From Polymyxa betae A26-41 (Eukaryota > Protista > Endomyxa: Phytomyxea), in NCBI GenBank assembly GCA_003693705.1, contig RBZT01000286.1, positions 62,001 through 126,000 on the forward strand: 64,000 nt of DNA. The letters are read 5' to 3'. Within the stretch, counting starts at the first letter, position 1; the number at the start of each line of letters is the position of its first letter. Both the position numbers and the translations under genes were made by a program. The notes beneath the pieces were generated by a model. It was given only the letters and a program-made list of their open reading frames with translations, searched no databases and was not told the origin of the DNA. Shown one piece after another: positions 1-13,473 of the stretch.

Positions 1-3000
1 TCGTCCCAGACACACCTCGCCATTGGATTATTCAGGCTTTACAAAAGAACGCATTTAATGCGAATGCCGCTGTCGAATGGCTGTTTGCAAACACATCTAT
101 TCTTGAGGCCCTCGACAAAGTAACTGCCGCTTAAACGTCACCGTTGGGTGCTCATGCACTGTAGGAATACGAAACCAAGTGGAAATCAAGAAATTCGGTC
201 AATCTAGCAACTGAACCAGAGGATGTCGGTGATGACAATGTCTCCGAGTCCGATCTGTCCAGTTATGCAGCGATTCTTGATTTTGGGGACGCCTTGGCAA
301 CCGTTACCCAGATTGATGGCAACCTCGGCGAAGTCTGTATCTCGTTACCTCTCGAAGCTTCAGATTCAGGTTTACAGGTGATTTTATTCATTGATTCTCT
401 GCACCATCTTACTGTTAGCAGAATTTTGACAACAGTGGTTCTTTATTATGTCCTGTATCTGCTCTTGAATGGATTGACTCCTGGGTTGACGATCATATGC
501 CGAACGAAATCTCCAAACGGCGAAAGCTGGGGGCCCGGGGCTTGCTAACTGATACGTTTGTTGCGCTTGCAATTGTTTATGCTCGACGGGCAGTATTAAC
601 ATTAATGTATCTGGCTCTTCAACAGTCAACCAACGATTCTGAAGATTCCGACGAAGGATTATCTTTAGCCCATTTGAACCTAAAAGTAACCGATGTTATT
701 TCCATTTTAAAATTGATGGCGAATGATGTCCCGGGAGGATATATTCATGGAGGATCGAGCAATATTCAAGGCGGGTCCTCGATTTGGTACCTCTTAAGAG
801 CTCTCTCTCTGCACCCGAAATACGCTAGTGAAATGATGTCCTTTATAATTGATGACTGTATCTGGCACTTGCGAAAGGCATCATGCAGGGTTTTCGAAAC
901 CGCATCTGCCCATCCGTACCCAGATTCAGCGCAAACGAAAGAGGAGGTACCGCAATGTGTATCTCAGCTTGAGTGATTCCTGAACTTGAAATAGGTCTAT
1001 ATTGAAAATGCCAGCGAGCTGGTCGTGGAGTTTGACCGACGATCGCAACTCAAAGAAGGCCATGCAATGGTCTCATTTTGGTCCGACCCTGAATGCAGCC
1101 AGGAGATTGCAATCATGTCTGGTACCGGGTTTCAGTCACCAGAAAACCCGACCGGAAGTGGCTTTCGTTCTTTTATAGTGAGGTCGAATCGATTCTTCAT
1201 CACCTTTGGCAGTGGACAATCTCGTCCAAATGGCAAAGTATGTATCATGTGACCGCCATCTACATTTTATGATTGTTTATACATTCGCTTTAGGTGGAGT
1301 TTGGATATGCTCTTCGCGTACGTCCTGTTGGATATCGGTTTGAAGACGAAAGGGATATATTGAAGGCACCGCTTGGATGGCCTCTGTTATCGTTGCTAAC
1401 GAGTTCCGTTTTGGTGAACTCCTGTATAATGCATGACACCTCTCCCAATCTCATCGTTGCTATCATCCGATATCTGCGTTGTGCTAAGTCCCCATCCAAG
1501 GTTTATACTACCATGGCTCTTGAGAAACTATTGGTTGCATATTCCAATGCGTTGCCTTCATCCAAAGAAACCTTTCTGGAAGCGATCGGTGGAAAAGCGG
1601 CGATATCTCATCTGCAGACCATGCGCGACAAGATTCGCGACATGAATACCCGTGCACCTGCTGGATCGCTGTTTTCTCCGTTCCTGAAGGCGCTCGAAGA
1701 TCTTCTCAGGGCAGTACGGCTCATATTCCCCGCTGTTGCGTTCCAGACATGCGAAATTGAACTACCAACTCCAGCCTCATCTGTAGCGTCTATTAATCCT
1801 TGGGAAATACGCGCCCCTATTGGCAAATCTACTACTGTGGACATTGCCCGAGTAGAAGACGTTCTAAATGCATTACATGACGGTCGACGGTTACCTTCGC
1901 CTCAAGTAGTGGCGCTTGCGTATGAACATTTGAATAGTGAGTCTCGAGCTTTCGGTATGCATTTGTCGCCGATATGACTAATGCGTTTCAGGTGTTCAAC
2001 TGCTGCGTCTATGTCTTAAAGAACTTGAAACATCGATCAAGTTAAATAAGCAGGTTTCTAAATGGAAGGATGAGCGACGATTCTGGATGTCTATGGTCAA
2101 TACGTTCAAAGATGTCGATTATCTTGCTGATATTTTATTGATGCTCCGACGGTCGATGCTGGATTCTGCGTTTGAGCCAATGTGGTCACTTCGTCAGAAA
2201 GTAACTTCAAAGAAGATGTTCTCATACCGTAACTCACTTGCATGACTATAGGATTGGGAAGCCAGAGTTCGTGAGGCTCGTACATTTGCTGATTATGCTC
2301 TTTGCCTTCGTGAACTAGAAGAAGCTTTCCGATGGCGCGATGAGAAAGATGACAACCGTGAATCTGCTTTAGTGACATCCTGGCGCGCTTCGCGTCCGAA
2401 CTGGCTAAAGACGATCAGTACATTAGGAGAAGAGTCGTTACTGTCTCGAGTACAAGCCACATTACCTTCAGCCCAGGAAGCAGAAAGAGCAGCGTACTGG
2501 ACGTGTGATGCTAATGAGCAGCTGGTTGCCTATCTTGATGCTATGATTAGCGCCAACGCACGAAGACTGCGTTCGTTAACCTTCGTCGACATTACCGAGC
2601 CAAGATTGGTTGATTTTCAGATGTGGCCGGCCCTTCGTGGAATCCCACTTCAGCATTTGAGATCAAGATTTGCTGTCCTTAAGATGATTAATCAACTGGT
2701 TGCTGCCATTATGGTTCCTGTAGCTCCGCTGTGGAATATGGAATCAAGATCGTTGGGAACTCTACTGCGAAACTGTAAAAAACTGATATTCTTAGAGGTA
2801 TTTACAACAACTTTTTTGTTTTGTGTTTGCGCTTGGGTTTCCTGTATTGTTATACGTGGTTCGGTTGCACTGATTCTTGTATTTTTAGGCAAAGCTAGCA
2901 ATTCTGACGCAATCAGTGCAAAGAATGTACTCGAAAGAAAAGGATCCTCAAAATGTAGTTTTGAATCGACATGAGGCTGCCAAGGAACGCGCTCTAAAGC

Positions 3001-4361
3001 CATCATCGTCTCGCGTCTTAACACCTCTGATCCGTCATTCGATATTTTATCAGCTGTATTCACAGCTTCGCTTGGTGGACTCTGAAGTATTGCGACGAAA
3101 GGGTCAGGCATGGAGAGTGAAATTCGTTGGGGAACGGGGTCACGATGTTGGCGGCTTATTCAATGCATCTTTGAGTAACGTCTGCGACGAGCTCATGTCC
3201 ACACGCCTTCCACTCTTTATTCCTACGCCTAATGCCAAACATCGCATTGGAGAGCAACGAGAGAAATGGATGCCGAATCCGTCTGCAAATGATCCGCAGC
3301 ATCTGGCTTGGTTCGAATTCGTCGGAAGGCTAATGGGCATTGCTTGCTTGTCCCAAAACCGTACATTATCTATTGATCTGCCTTCGATCGTTTGGAAGAC
3401 TATCGTTCGAGAGAAGCTTAACTTATCTGATTTGAAGGCAATCGACTATTCGGTTCATCGCACAGTTCAGTTGATGCGACGGCCTGAAATCGAAAACATC
3501 AACGCTGAATCGTTCGAATTCGCTTTTGCGGATTTGTCATTCGCAATACCTTCGGCCACTGGCACTGAAATTGAACTCATTCCTGGTGGATCAGGGAAAG
3601 CTGTCACATGGCAGAACCGTCTCGAATATGCCGATGCTATCGAGAATTTTCGACTGCGGGAAACAGATGCTCAGATAGGGGCCATCTGTCGAGGATTATC
3701 GCAAATGCTGCCTTTGGATCTGCTCGTCCTGTTTACATGGCAGCAATTTGAAGTTCTGGTTTGTGGCTCACCAGATGTAGACATTCAACTTCTCAAAGAG
3801 AAAACGATTTACGCTGGAAACGTCAAAGAGAACGATACGCACATCCAAATGTTCTGGCGCGTGATTGAGTCATTCTCGGCAGCAGACCGAAGAGAATTTC
3901 TGCAGTTTGTATGGGGTCGCTCCCGTCTACCAACTACCAAGGTAATGATTTTTGCAAAGACGCTAGTTTGTTTCCTGTTCTCTTTTCATTCTCTGTGCGT
4001 TCTTGCTTGCTTAATGTGCCACTCACAGGTGGGATTCGGAAAGGATGCGTTTAAGATATCCGATCATTCGGCAGCGGTTCTTGCAAGTAGTTCGTCTTCA
4101 AATCCATTTGCTCATGATCCATACCTACCCGTGGCACATACATGTTTCTTTGCTTTAGAGCTCCCGCGCTATTCGTCAGATGCAGTTATGGCTGAGAAGC
4201 TTCTTTATGCAATCCATAATTGCAAAACGATTGATGCGGATACGACGCAAGAAAGCGCCATGAACCTTAACATGAACTGGTCCGATGGCGAATCGGATGA
4301 TGAGCAAGAAAACAGCAATAACGCAGCAAACGACGATAGCCAGGATGACCGCAAATCGTGA
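1..4361 (+). CDS. Large HECT-domain E3 ubiquitin ligase (HERC-like), 5' part outside window, multi-exon
   Basis: C-terminal HECT motifs WRVKFVGERGHDVGG, LFIPTPN, FEFVGRLMGIA, FLQFVWGRSRLP, LPVAHTCFFALELPRYSS (catalytic Cys). UBA-like IIQALQKNAFNANAAVEWLF at the window start, and a CUB-like segment (SAHPYPDS...VEFDRRS). GT-AG introns, e.g. 3942-4028. Confidence 0.93.
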
Positions 4362-4930
4362 TTAATACATAGTAAATCTATTTCGTAACACAGCATCTGT
4401 AATGTTATTAAGACAACTAAGCTTCTCCCTACAGAAATTGGTGCATGGCTGAGATCACCCTTGTCATTCGAAGCATCGAATAATGATTCATTACTGAAAT
4501 ATCGTTCAGCAACTTGGGCCAGATCGGAGACGTTAAGGATTGAATGGAACGATGAAGAGGTCGAAATGTTCAAAGAATACAGAGATCACAGAATATACCC
4601 AGTACCTCCATACAGTCTAAACTCTGAACAATGCCGCTTTAAACAAAATACAATGAGAATGCAGATCTTAAAGTGCACAGATTGCCCGATTTTATTTTCA
4701 GTAATTGGTTAGTTGCCATTGGATGTCTGTATTATCTAATGCTTGGGACTGGCCAATGGTGCATATATGTACAACAACAGCCCATAACACGAATGATCTC
4801 CAGTCTCCTGGATCCATTATTAGGTAAACCGTCAAGCCAGCGACTTTCGTACAAATCTGTCCCTACTTCAATGGTGCGCATAATTTGCATTCTCCCTAAC
4901 TTGTATCCATGCCATGATCACTAATTTCCA

Positions 4931-5452
4931 ATGTCTGGCTCAGCAGTATCAGATTCCTCTGACAGCAGCTGTGGCGTGTGTTATGGCGTTCTGTACATAA
5001 CGCGAACCATGCTTGCTCAGCAGCGTGGTCCAAAATGCTTTGGCTACCTGGCTCCACCTGAGACCAATCCTGTTCGTAGAGATGCTGATGACGAGCTTCC
5101 TGAGCATCTTGACACTCTCGTTGTAATTGGTAAAGCATCAGTTATAAGTCCTATGCAAATTGGAAGCGTCTCTGGCATTCGATTTGTTGTTATATCGAAC
5201 CGTGAGGATGACGTTGCTCAAGACGTCATCAATGTGGACTGGAAAGAAGCCATTCAAAGGCAATTAACTCGTCAAAAAGAAGCCGCTGCAATGCTGGGTG
5301 AAAGAATGGTTTGGCAGTTATCTTCTTCAGGAATGGATTCGCTAAAGCAGCAGCTGGCTGCTTTCACACCTGCTGCTAAAGATTTTGCGCAAACTTATGT
5401 TCGAAAAATGAAATCGTTCTTCAATGGTGAACCTCCTAAAACTCGAGAATAA
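4931..5452 (+). CDS. Hypothetical protein, 173 aa, N-terminal Cys motif (CxGxLY...PxCxG)
   Basis: Intact ATG-to-stop ORF between two genes, followed by AATAAA. The Cys motif is reminiscent of an uncharacterised plant/protist family (not verified). Confidence 0.6.
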   Translation: MSGSAVSDSSDSSCGVCYGVLYITRTMLAQQRGPKCFGYLAPPETNPVRRDADDELPEHLDTLVVIGKASVISPMQIGSVSGIRFVVISNREDDVAQDVINVDWKEAIQRQLTRQKEAAAMLGERMVWQLSSSGMDSLKQQLAAFTPAAKDFAQTYVRKMKSFFNGEPPKTRE

Positions 5453-5515
5453 CCCAATTCAGAGATAGCCAATTGAATCCAATAAATATTATTACAGCAT
5501 GTAGATTCATAGAGG

Positions 5516-8166
5516 CTATAACGACCCTCCATGACCGCAACGATCAATGCAAGCAGCTATACACCGAGATGCTTGGCGAAATACTGCAGATTGCTTCGGC
5601 GATGGACAGGATTCCATAACATCCAGCACTATTGGAAATAGCTGCAAACAAAACGAATCGATTCTCTCGCCTTCCTCTGTTTCACCAGATCTGCGAGAAC
5701 CTCCTCTTTGGCGATCCACATCAACAGGGTTAGGCGATACATCTCTTGACGAGGACGATCCCGAAAATTCGTCAGCTAAATCTTCCAACGTTGTTATAGA
5801 CCACGGATGGGATAGTCTATCAGTGCAATAAGCCAACAGCGCTACAATGAAACCTGTAAAGATGTCAGATGGCAGCTTCATGCAAAAGCTGTATCCAAAA
5901 GACCTGGGTTTCTAATGGCGACATCCTTTTTGCCTTTACTCAATGAGCGGTGTATCCTTTGAAGTGCTTTCAATGCCTCATCAGAGATCATATCGATTGT
6001 ATCGCTACCGAGGGATTTCCCGTACAACAACACCAAAGAATGTAAGGTCTTGATAGCTTCAGTATTTGGCTGAGCGCTCATAATATCGCGGTCGTTTTCC
6101 CGTTCTGCCGGGGGATGCGATGGAGTGGCTTTAGGAGAATTTGCTGGAGTTGAAGAAGGGGTCTGAGATTGAACCGACCGTTGCAAATCTCGCTCGAGTA
6201 AGTTTCTCATACGAACCGTCCCTGTCCGAAGCGTGGAATGATGCCGATCCTGTAAGGCATGAATGGCATCATCAACAACTGAATGCCATTCGTCTCGTTC
6301 TTGTCGATTTCTAAATTCGAGTTGAATCGAGCGGCGAGATCCAACAATATCAAGAAGAAATTCATCGCGCGCTTCATAAACCCGAGAACTGTCGGTATGT
6401 GCGAGTTCTAACATTCCCTTGTAACGATGTGAAGGCGTGCTCCATACTAAAAAAACTTCAGAAAACCTTAAACTACCATCGATATCCTTACGAATCATAT
6501 CGTTGAAGACAAAAACGTGCCGCGAATGTCGTCTAGATAGGGCCTTGTTGGAAGACGATCGCTTGATGACTACGCCATCTAAAAGCAGCTCGCGATCAGG
6601 CTTAATCAAAGGAGGCGCTCTTCCAGTAATCCGATTTTGCAATGACAGCAACTTAGTCAGATCTTCGACCCGTTTTTTGCTTTCGTTCAGATGATCAGCA
6701 ATTGCTCGTATCTTATCAACAGCTTGCTGAATGACGGCAAATGCCGTATGATCAGGTGGAGTATGTCGAGCCAATTCTTGTAGTAGTAGCAGATACCTGG
6801 GGATTCTCTGGATCGGTGATATCAGAACAGACGTCAGCTGAACGTTGGTAGACGCAATAAACTTGTTAAAATGTGCATGGTTATGCAGACTGCTTAAAAT
6901 TTGCAGACACCCATCGAACCCGTTCACGAATTCGCTATAAAGCTTGAATGCACCGGCGAATCTGACAAATGTTCCCGGGATGCAAGCACATTGAATAGCA
7001 CATGAGCATTCTTGCAAATCTGACAGTAATAGCCTGTTCAGGGCAGCAATGGAGGGCAAATTCGAGAAAATGGCGCAGGCCTGATCATCGGGAATAATTG
7101 CTTTAGAGCGTAATGGCTCCATGACATTCCGGACAATGCTCTCGAGCCCGGCAACGTACGTCTCCTCTGTAGCCACGATTTCACGTTCCACTTTATATCG
7201 AATTGATGCTTCAGCGCCACTTTGTACACTTCCAGCTGATGTACCGGTTTCTGGACGGTCCAGGACAGACAGTAGCAAAGGAATCGATTCGGCAGCAGTT
7301 TCTGCCTCGCAAAGCGGCAGCAAAAGCCTTAAAAGCATTGTAGAACGCGTCCGAACAGCAGCACTGGCATCAGCCAATGATCCGATTGCAAAGCGCATCA
7401 GCTCTTCTCCATATGGGACCAGAGCACTTAAGGGCATGCAATCGTTGCTTTTTGCAGCATGCGCGTAAAGCCGGCGTACAAAGCCTACCAGCGCGGTAAG
7501 CCAGCGTAATTTCAACCGGGGATCCAGCATTGACGTCAACAAGAACGCAGAGATCAACGTAGGAAATGGTAAGCGTGTCAGATGCTCGTGAAGAAGCAGA
7601 TCCAGCGCATGAGACCAACACTGCCTTATCTGAGGATTAGGATGAGCTAATCCTAATTTCGCAGATAGCAGGATTTGTTGATAGTGCTGTGCGGCGCGTT
7701 CCGATGCTTCTCCCAGCCAGATGGCAGCATCGCGTTTCGCCAGCGTTAAGATCTGCTGCAGGACCCCGATCTCGGGCAAATCGTCCGCTGCCCAGGTCGT
7801 CAATTCCATCAGCAGTTTACGCCCGAGTTCACTGTTTGCTTTCAGTACATCCATGATCGGTTTTGCCTGGCCCGAATGCCGCAACGCCTGGATCGCTGAG
7901 CTCCAGGCGCTATCATCGGCCTGGGTTCTCATCACTGTGGTTCTGGCCGTTCGACGATACGGCCCGAATCGACGCCCTGGTTCTGCAACCACCATCGTCA
8001 GAGACACATTCCAAATGATACAATGATGGGGGTCACACATGGTCGTCAGACAGATTCTCGTAGCGTTAGCTGACAGGGAATGAGGTTGCGCCCGATTGGA
8101 TGAGCGATGACGAAGGAAAGACAGATGACAAGACGACAGACGATGTCTTCGATGGCCTGATCCCAT
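5516..8166 (-). CDS. Rho guanine nucleotide exchange factor (DH-PH) flanked by HEAT-like helical regions; true start probably nearer 7930
   Basis: DH motifs EIVATEETYV, IFSNL, PIQRIPRYLLLLQELARHTP, and PH RELLLDG...FVFNDM...EWHSVV. Introns at 6447-6491 and ~5855-5905 join ORF 5878-8166 to ORF 5516-5881. Confidence 0.88.
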
Positions 8167-8528
8167 CCGCTGGTGGTCACAGGAAGTTTTCCAAATCTTT
8201 CTCGATATTTCCCACGATCCTTACTACGTACATGTTACTGGCTATTAACAGCCAGCAGGCCGATATGCAGGCTCATTGCATCAGAGTGCCAGAGGGTTTT
8301 GAGCTTGAGTATTAAACGGTCCGCTAAAGTCTCTATTAAGATAATGAATGCTGCCATTCCAATATACAAAGATGGAATCAAATATACAAAGATGGAAGCA
8401 AATGATTCAGTTTGGCAATAAAATCCAGAACAGGTGTAGGGTTTAGGGTTTTAGGGTCTTGAAACCGGAGAAGTAGAGGCCAGTGCCATAGCGGGATTCC
8501 ATTATTCGATGTAATCGCTAATCCGTCC

Positions 8529-10364
8529 ATGAATCACGATGGTTACTATCCAGCATATTCGACGAACGGCACTGAACTTGATCCCAATGCTGTCAACGAG
8601 CTCTTCGAAAACGTCGTGTATGGCGAAGGGATCGAGGTCTACGGTAGCGCTCAGCAACGACGTCTGGAAGCGGACAGGCGACGTTTAGGTCGGGATTTTT
8701 TTCTTTTAGACGTTTTATTGTTTTTATTGTCTATGGCTTCTTACATTGGTTTTAATGTAGAAATTGAACAAAGAGCAAAAGAGAATGCAGAGAAGAGGGC
8801 TCAGGCCGAGAAAGATCGTCAGTTCTTTGACACATTAATTCTATCGGGTCCCGATCGTCCTGTCTCGAAGCCTGATAAGAAGTCATTGCCTGCCAACACA
8901 TCACAACCGAGACCAGCCAAGATCCAGATTCCATTCACGGCCGCCGATCGTTCACGAATTCCTCGTAAAACTCGTCAGCAATGGCTGGATAAATTCCAGG
9001 CCGCTTGCGATGTCGCGTTTCCTGGAGCGTTGACAGCATTGGAGCCGTCATTGATTCTATCTCTTGAACAAAGTGTCTATCAGACGACGAAGACGGCTAC
9101 TGCCTATGTTGGTGCTTGGATGAACAAGATTCATGCAATGAAATCGGCACCTTGTTTAGCCTTGTTTTTATCGCCCGATTGTGTAAACAAGGCGTCATCT
9201 ATGCAGGGAAATCAGCATGATAATGGCGAAGCTAAGCACCAGGAGCCTGGGCCTTCGCTGCCATCGTCAACAAATGAGGAAACGGCGGCATCTGCCGATG
9301 ATCGTAATGGTGTCGAGGACAGTAAAATATCTGACCCGTTGCCTTCGGTATCGACGACGTTATTGCCAAATCCCGGGAAGGCATCTCTCCTGGGGAAGGA
9401 GCTCCCGTTTAGTCTATTCGGCTCAGATGATGAAGATGAAGCTGATGTTCTCACTGCTTTTCAACATGTAAAATTGCTTTAGGGCATTGCTTAGCTCCAA
9501 GTGACATTTGCTCATAGAACGATGATTGGATTGCTGAACTCCCGCTGGCAACCCATCATTCAGAGTCCAATGCCATCACTGATTCGGAATCGCCATCTGC
9601 ACCGCCTGATGTCAATAATGCACATCAATCTGAATCCGATCGTATCGGGAATGAACCTGCTCAATCAGATATTGATGTTGACCGTGTGGTAGCTGATAAT
9701 CATTCAATGTCGGATACAAGGTTGATGCTGTGTTCTGTTGCTATGAATCAATCGTGGTCTCAACCTCAACTCAGCTGTCCGAACGCACTCCAGAGCCGTG
9801 CTTCGAAGTCGTGCGAAGAACCGCTGCCAAATGGAGAAACTGAATCAAATAAAACAGAGATGGCAGATGATGCTAATAGCCATATGGTACATTTACATTC
9901 ACTTTCTGGATTTCTCTGATTGGTTGCGCCCGTTTAGTTGCCAGAAATCGATAATAATGATGTACAATGCGAACAACAAAGGCAGAATGGGAAAAGTTCT
10001 TCTAAGAAAAGAAGACAAACGGACAGGGCTTCTGATCAACCAGTAATATTGGGTCGTATTGTCTGAACTGTGTTAATCTGTGCCCGTTCAGGCATCGAAG
10101 AAACCAATGACGCGCTTCCACCCGGAATGCAAAACCTTCATCTGTGATGTGGTTGCTGCACATCTTCGTCTGCGCTTTGGAAGGGAATTATCCGGCAAAG
10201 ATGTGGTCTCTGTTCAATCTCGCATTGTGGGAAAGATCTTGTCGGATCCGAAGTGGACATTGGAACGTCTTCGCAAACATAAACGCAACATCGACGATCT
10301 CGCTGAACATTATGCTAATAGAATACGGCGTGAACGAAGATCTTCCAAGACTCAGCAATTGTAA
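8529..10364 (+). CDS. Multi-exon protein with a REXO1/RECQL5-IRI-like helical domain and a C-terminal SRI-like domain
   Basis: RIPRKTRQQWLDKF...LEQSVYQTTKTATAYVGAWMNKIHAMK resembles the Elongin-A-binding/IRI helical bundle. The terminal exon FICDVVAAHLRLRF...SRIVGKIL...KRNIDDLAEHY resembles SRI. The middle is low complexity and exon linkage is inferred. Confidence 0.5.
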
Positions 10365-10599
10365 ATACGTTCTGTAAATCGGTTTATCATGGTCGCCTAT
10401 CAGTATTGGCTCCTGCTGGTTCGTCGATTATCAATGCAGACTACTGATAGCTGGCTAATCATGTCTTTGATGGAGATCTTGACGATTCAGGGCCGTATTA
10501 AGACAGATGATACCTGGACTTTATCGGTTTAGTGGTTTCCAAAGTTTCATCTCAAGAACGGTACTGTCGCCTTAGATGGAACGTTTATACCATGCAAAA

Positions 10600-11492
10600 C
10601 CTGATGCCGGATGGCTTTGCTTTTCAATGTTTGAAAAGGCAAAAACGGCATGCTCTTTCGATTTGAAATTTGTTCATGATTTAGCCGGTTGGGAGAGAGA
10701 GCCCAGCATCAGATGCTCGAGCGTTTACAATCTACATATCGCTGGCTTCATCTTTTGCAATTTTCACGAGCAGCTGTTTCTTTGGGATCAGCAGCCACAT
10801 TGAACGTAGCGTTGATGAGCAGATGAACGCATGGATGTGGCCGACGTGAGACCAGTCTCTTGAGCAGGAAATCGGTGAACTGTTCCGGCTGATAACGACG
10901 TCCGGTGATGTGATTGATGTCTGTAGAGAACATTCCCCAAGATCGTGTCCATCTGGAATCGAGAGATCGGATCGGGGCTGTCCAATCCATTGGCCGACCA
11001 ATTCCCAGATACGATCGCAGACTAGGATCTGGACCAGGGCCGATCTCTTCGCAATATGAATCAGTCGACGAATACGGCTGGCGGCGGAACGTCCAGATAC
11101 AAGGTAGAAATGCAGGCAGATATCTGGACCTAAATCACGTAATAATTGCAGGTTAAAGGTGGCAATTAGTGAGCGGATCCCGGTCGGATAACAGTTCGCT
11201 CGAGACCTATCAGGTCTTCAGGTGTGGCTTGTTTACGGACGAGGGCGGAGATCTGCGCGTCGTCACGAGCCAGCATGACCAGATGCTTGATGAGGTGCGT
11301 AGCGTGCTTCATATCCAGCTTGCAGGAAATGTCGGATCGGAATAGCAGATCTATACAGAAGGCCGTATGCAGGGCCTTATAGAGATGTTGTGATACAAAC
11401 GATAGGTGATGACGAGATTGAAGATCACATTGGATGGAGATCTCATAGAGAAAATCCTCAGGGAGATCATGGAGTGACTGCGACGCCGACAT
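10600..11492 (-). pseudogene. F-box protein, probably degenerate downstream of the F-box
   Basis: N-terminus LHDLPEDFLYEISIQCDLQSRHHLSFVSQHLYKAL matches the F-box consensus. The downstream coding signal breaks into several short frames with no clean splice path found. Confidence 0.5.
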
Positions 11493-12559
11493 CAGAGAGA
11501 GGGAGCTCGGTAGGAGGTATTGAAACCTGTGAATATCATGATCGCATGAATGCGCTCATGATTAAAATATATCGCAGGAGTTCACATGCAGATGGATGTT
11601 GTAGAGTATCGCGAGTTATCTGTTGATACAATTTGCTCTCTGTATTATTATCCAATCTACAGAAAACGTCCTCATTCGAATAGTCGTACATAGCAGTGGA
11701 TGGATTCAGAAGCGTCGAGGTCCGAGTCGGTTGTCCAGCTACCCAGATTCATTCCGTCACGGAGTCCGTGGAGGAGCTCGTCCGAATATAGGGCCGTTAA
11801 TAATAATCTGAATAAGAGTCTTTTTTCTGGCGTGAGGGAAAGAGCCAGTTCGCATAGCTCCTTTTAATACGCCATGAACGCCATCATCAGCATCATGGAG
11901 GCGCCGTCCCATTTGTTGCTCCTTGAGGTCTGTATCGGTCTGCACAATCATCAGCCGGGTGAATGGGGTGACACCTCCATCGACCCGCGACGACCTTGGC
12001 GAAACCCATCGGATCTTTCAGCAGGGTACTCGGCATTTTAGTGATGTACGAACTGTACAGTCAAGGCGTGCAAGATGGTTTGACAATATCAACCGAATCG
12101 CGATCTGTTAAACGAGAAAAAATACCAAGTATTGTCAGAACTCCGAATTCCATTTGACACCTTGCTCCGGATCAAGGATTTTGACAGTCATTTGAGAAGG
12201 CATTACTGACACAAACATTCTATTGGAGCTGGAGAGATGCTGCCCTTATTGAAGCCATCTATATGCTGCTGATCGATGATCTCCTTTCATTCAGGATGTT
12301 CCTGCATATGCTGCACGACGTGGCCTACTATGTCTGCCGCCGGGGTGTTTCAAGGCGTAATTCAAACATTTCACAAAATTCGGAAATAAAGTACCGTCGT
12401 GGAAATGAATCCAGTGAAGTTCGCCAACATCTTCCATAGTTGAGTCCTACAGATCAGCCCATGATTGCTCCAAACAGAACTCGGCATATTATGCAGACAG
12501 CAGACAGATCGTGATCAGAGGACATAAACTGTCTCAAAGGCAAGCGCAGATCGTCATGG

Positions 12560-13312
12560 TTGAAGCTTACAACTGGTGAGATTCCACATGCCTTAAATGG
12601 TCCCCGAAATCCATTCGTTGACCCATAACGATGCAATCTTAGTTTTGAAATTTCCCTCTTAGGCGCATATGTCCTGATTGTCGAGCGCTTCGTCAATGTA
12701 AGAATCGTCCCTGCTATCAATACAGGCTTGAAAGCCGCGATTAACCAGCGGTACAAGGTGTGTCAAATTCAGTGGAGTAATCCGGACCGAAGACATTCCA
12801 TATTTCCAGTTGTTTGGGATCCACCAGCTGGATCTGAGCTCAACAAGGCGAACAGTAGCCTGTGCACGACCGGTTCAAAACTGTCGACTTGACCAAATTC
12901 TAAGATTGTCTCCATTCATCATTGCAGTGCTGTTGACGTCGCACAGAAATCAGTCAACCAACTTAAGGTTTTCTCTGCAATTTTGAGAAACGTGTGATGG
13001 ATGCATCGTCCCTTGAGCCGCAATGGTGAAAGAAGCGGGAAATTGCTTATGAGACGAGCCGCCTTATCTTAACGGCACACTATTGATCCCTTTCTTAGTG
13101 ATGGTCTGCTTGTGTTTAGACTCCAAAGTCTAAAACTGGAAGTCCTTCACCGGCTGTGACCCCTTAAACTCCGGGAACGACTCGTCGTCTTGTTGCGCAC
13201 GGAGTTCTTCGTATCGCCTTCGTCTGATCCATGACTCGAAGCACTTTCTCATTCTTACCCCAGTAAAAGGCTTTCCATTTCAGGCAAAATCTGCTGACGC
13301 AAACTATCCATG
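12560..13312 (-). mobile_element. Decayed pogo/Tigger-family (CENP-B HTH + DDE_1) transposase
   Basis: Manual translation across stops and frameshifts gives ...FPEFKGS, KQTITKKGINSVPLR*GGSSHKQFPASFTIAAQGTMHP, VNRGFQACI...EGNFK..ASLWVNEW..FKACGIS. These are ordered hallmarks of pogo DDE_1 transposases. Confidence 0.75.
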
Positions 13313-13473
13313 ATCGTGCAATATCGCGCACCCTTCTGCGGCTATTGTCGATGAGCGGTGCAGAACTTTTACAAAACGCGTTAAATTTTTACTGCGGACA
13401 TCATTGGGACGCAAAAGCAGGCGGGATAGCCCGTCACGTTTTGCGTTTTGCGGTGGGGCGTGGAGTCGCTTCC

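Noticed and set aside
4400-4925. Short ORFs on both strands between the HECT gene and the 4931 gene
   Set aside because: No recognisable motifs or consistent splice path.
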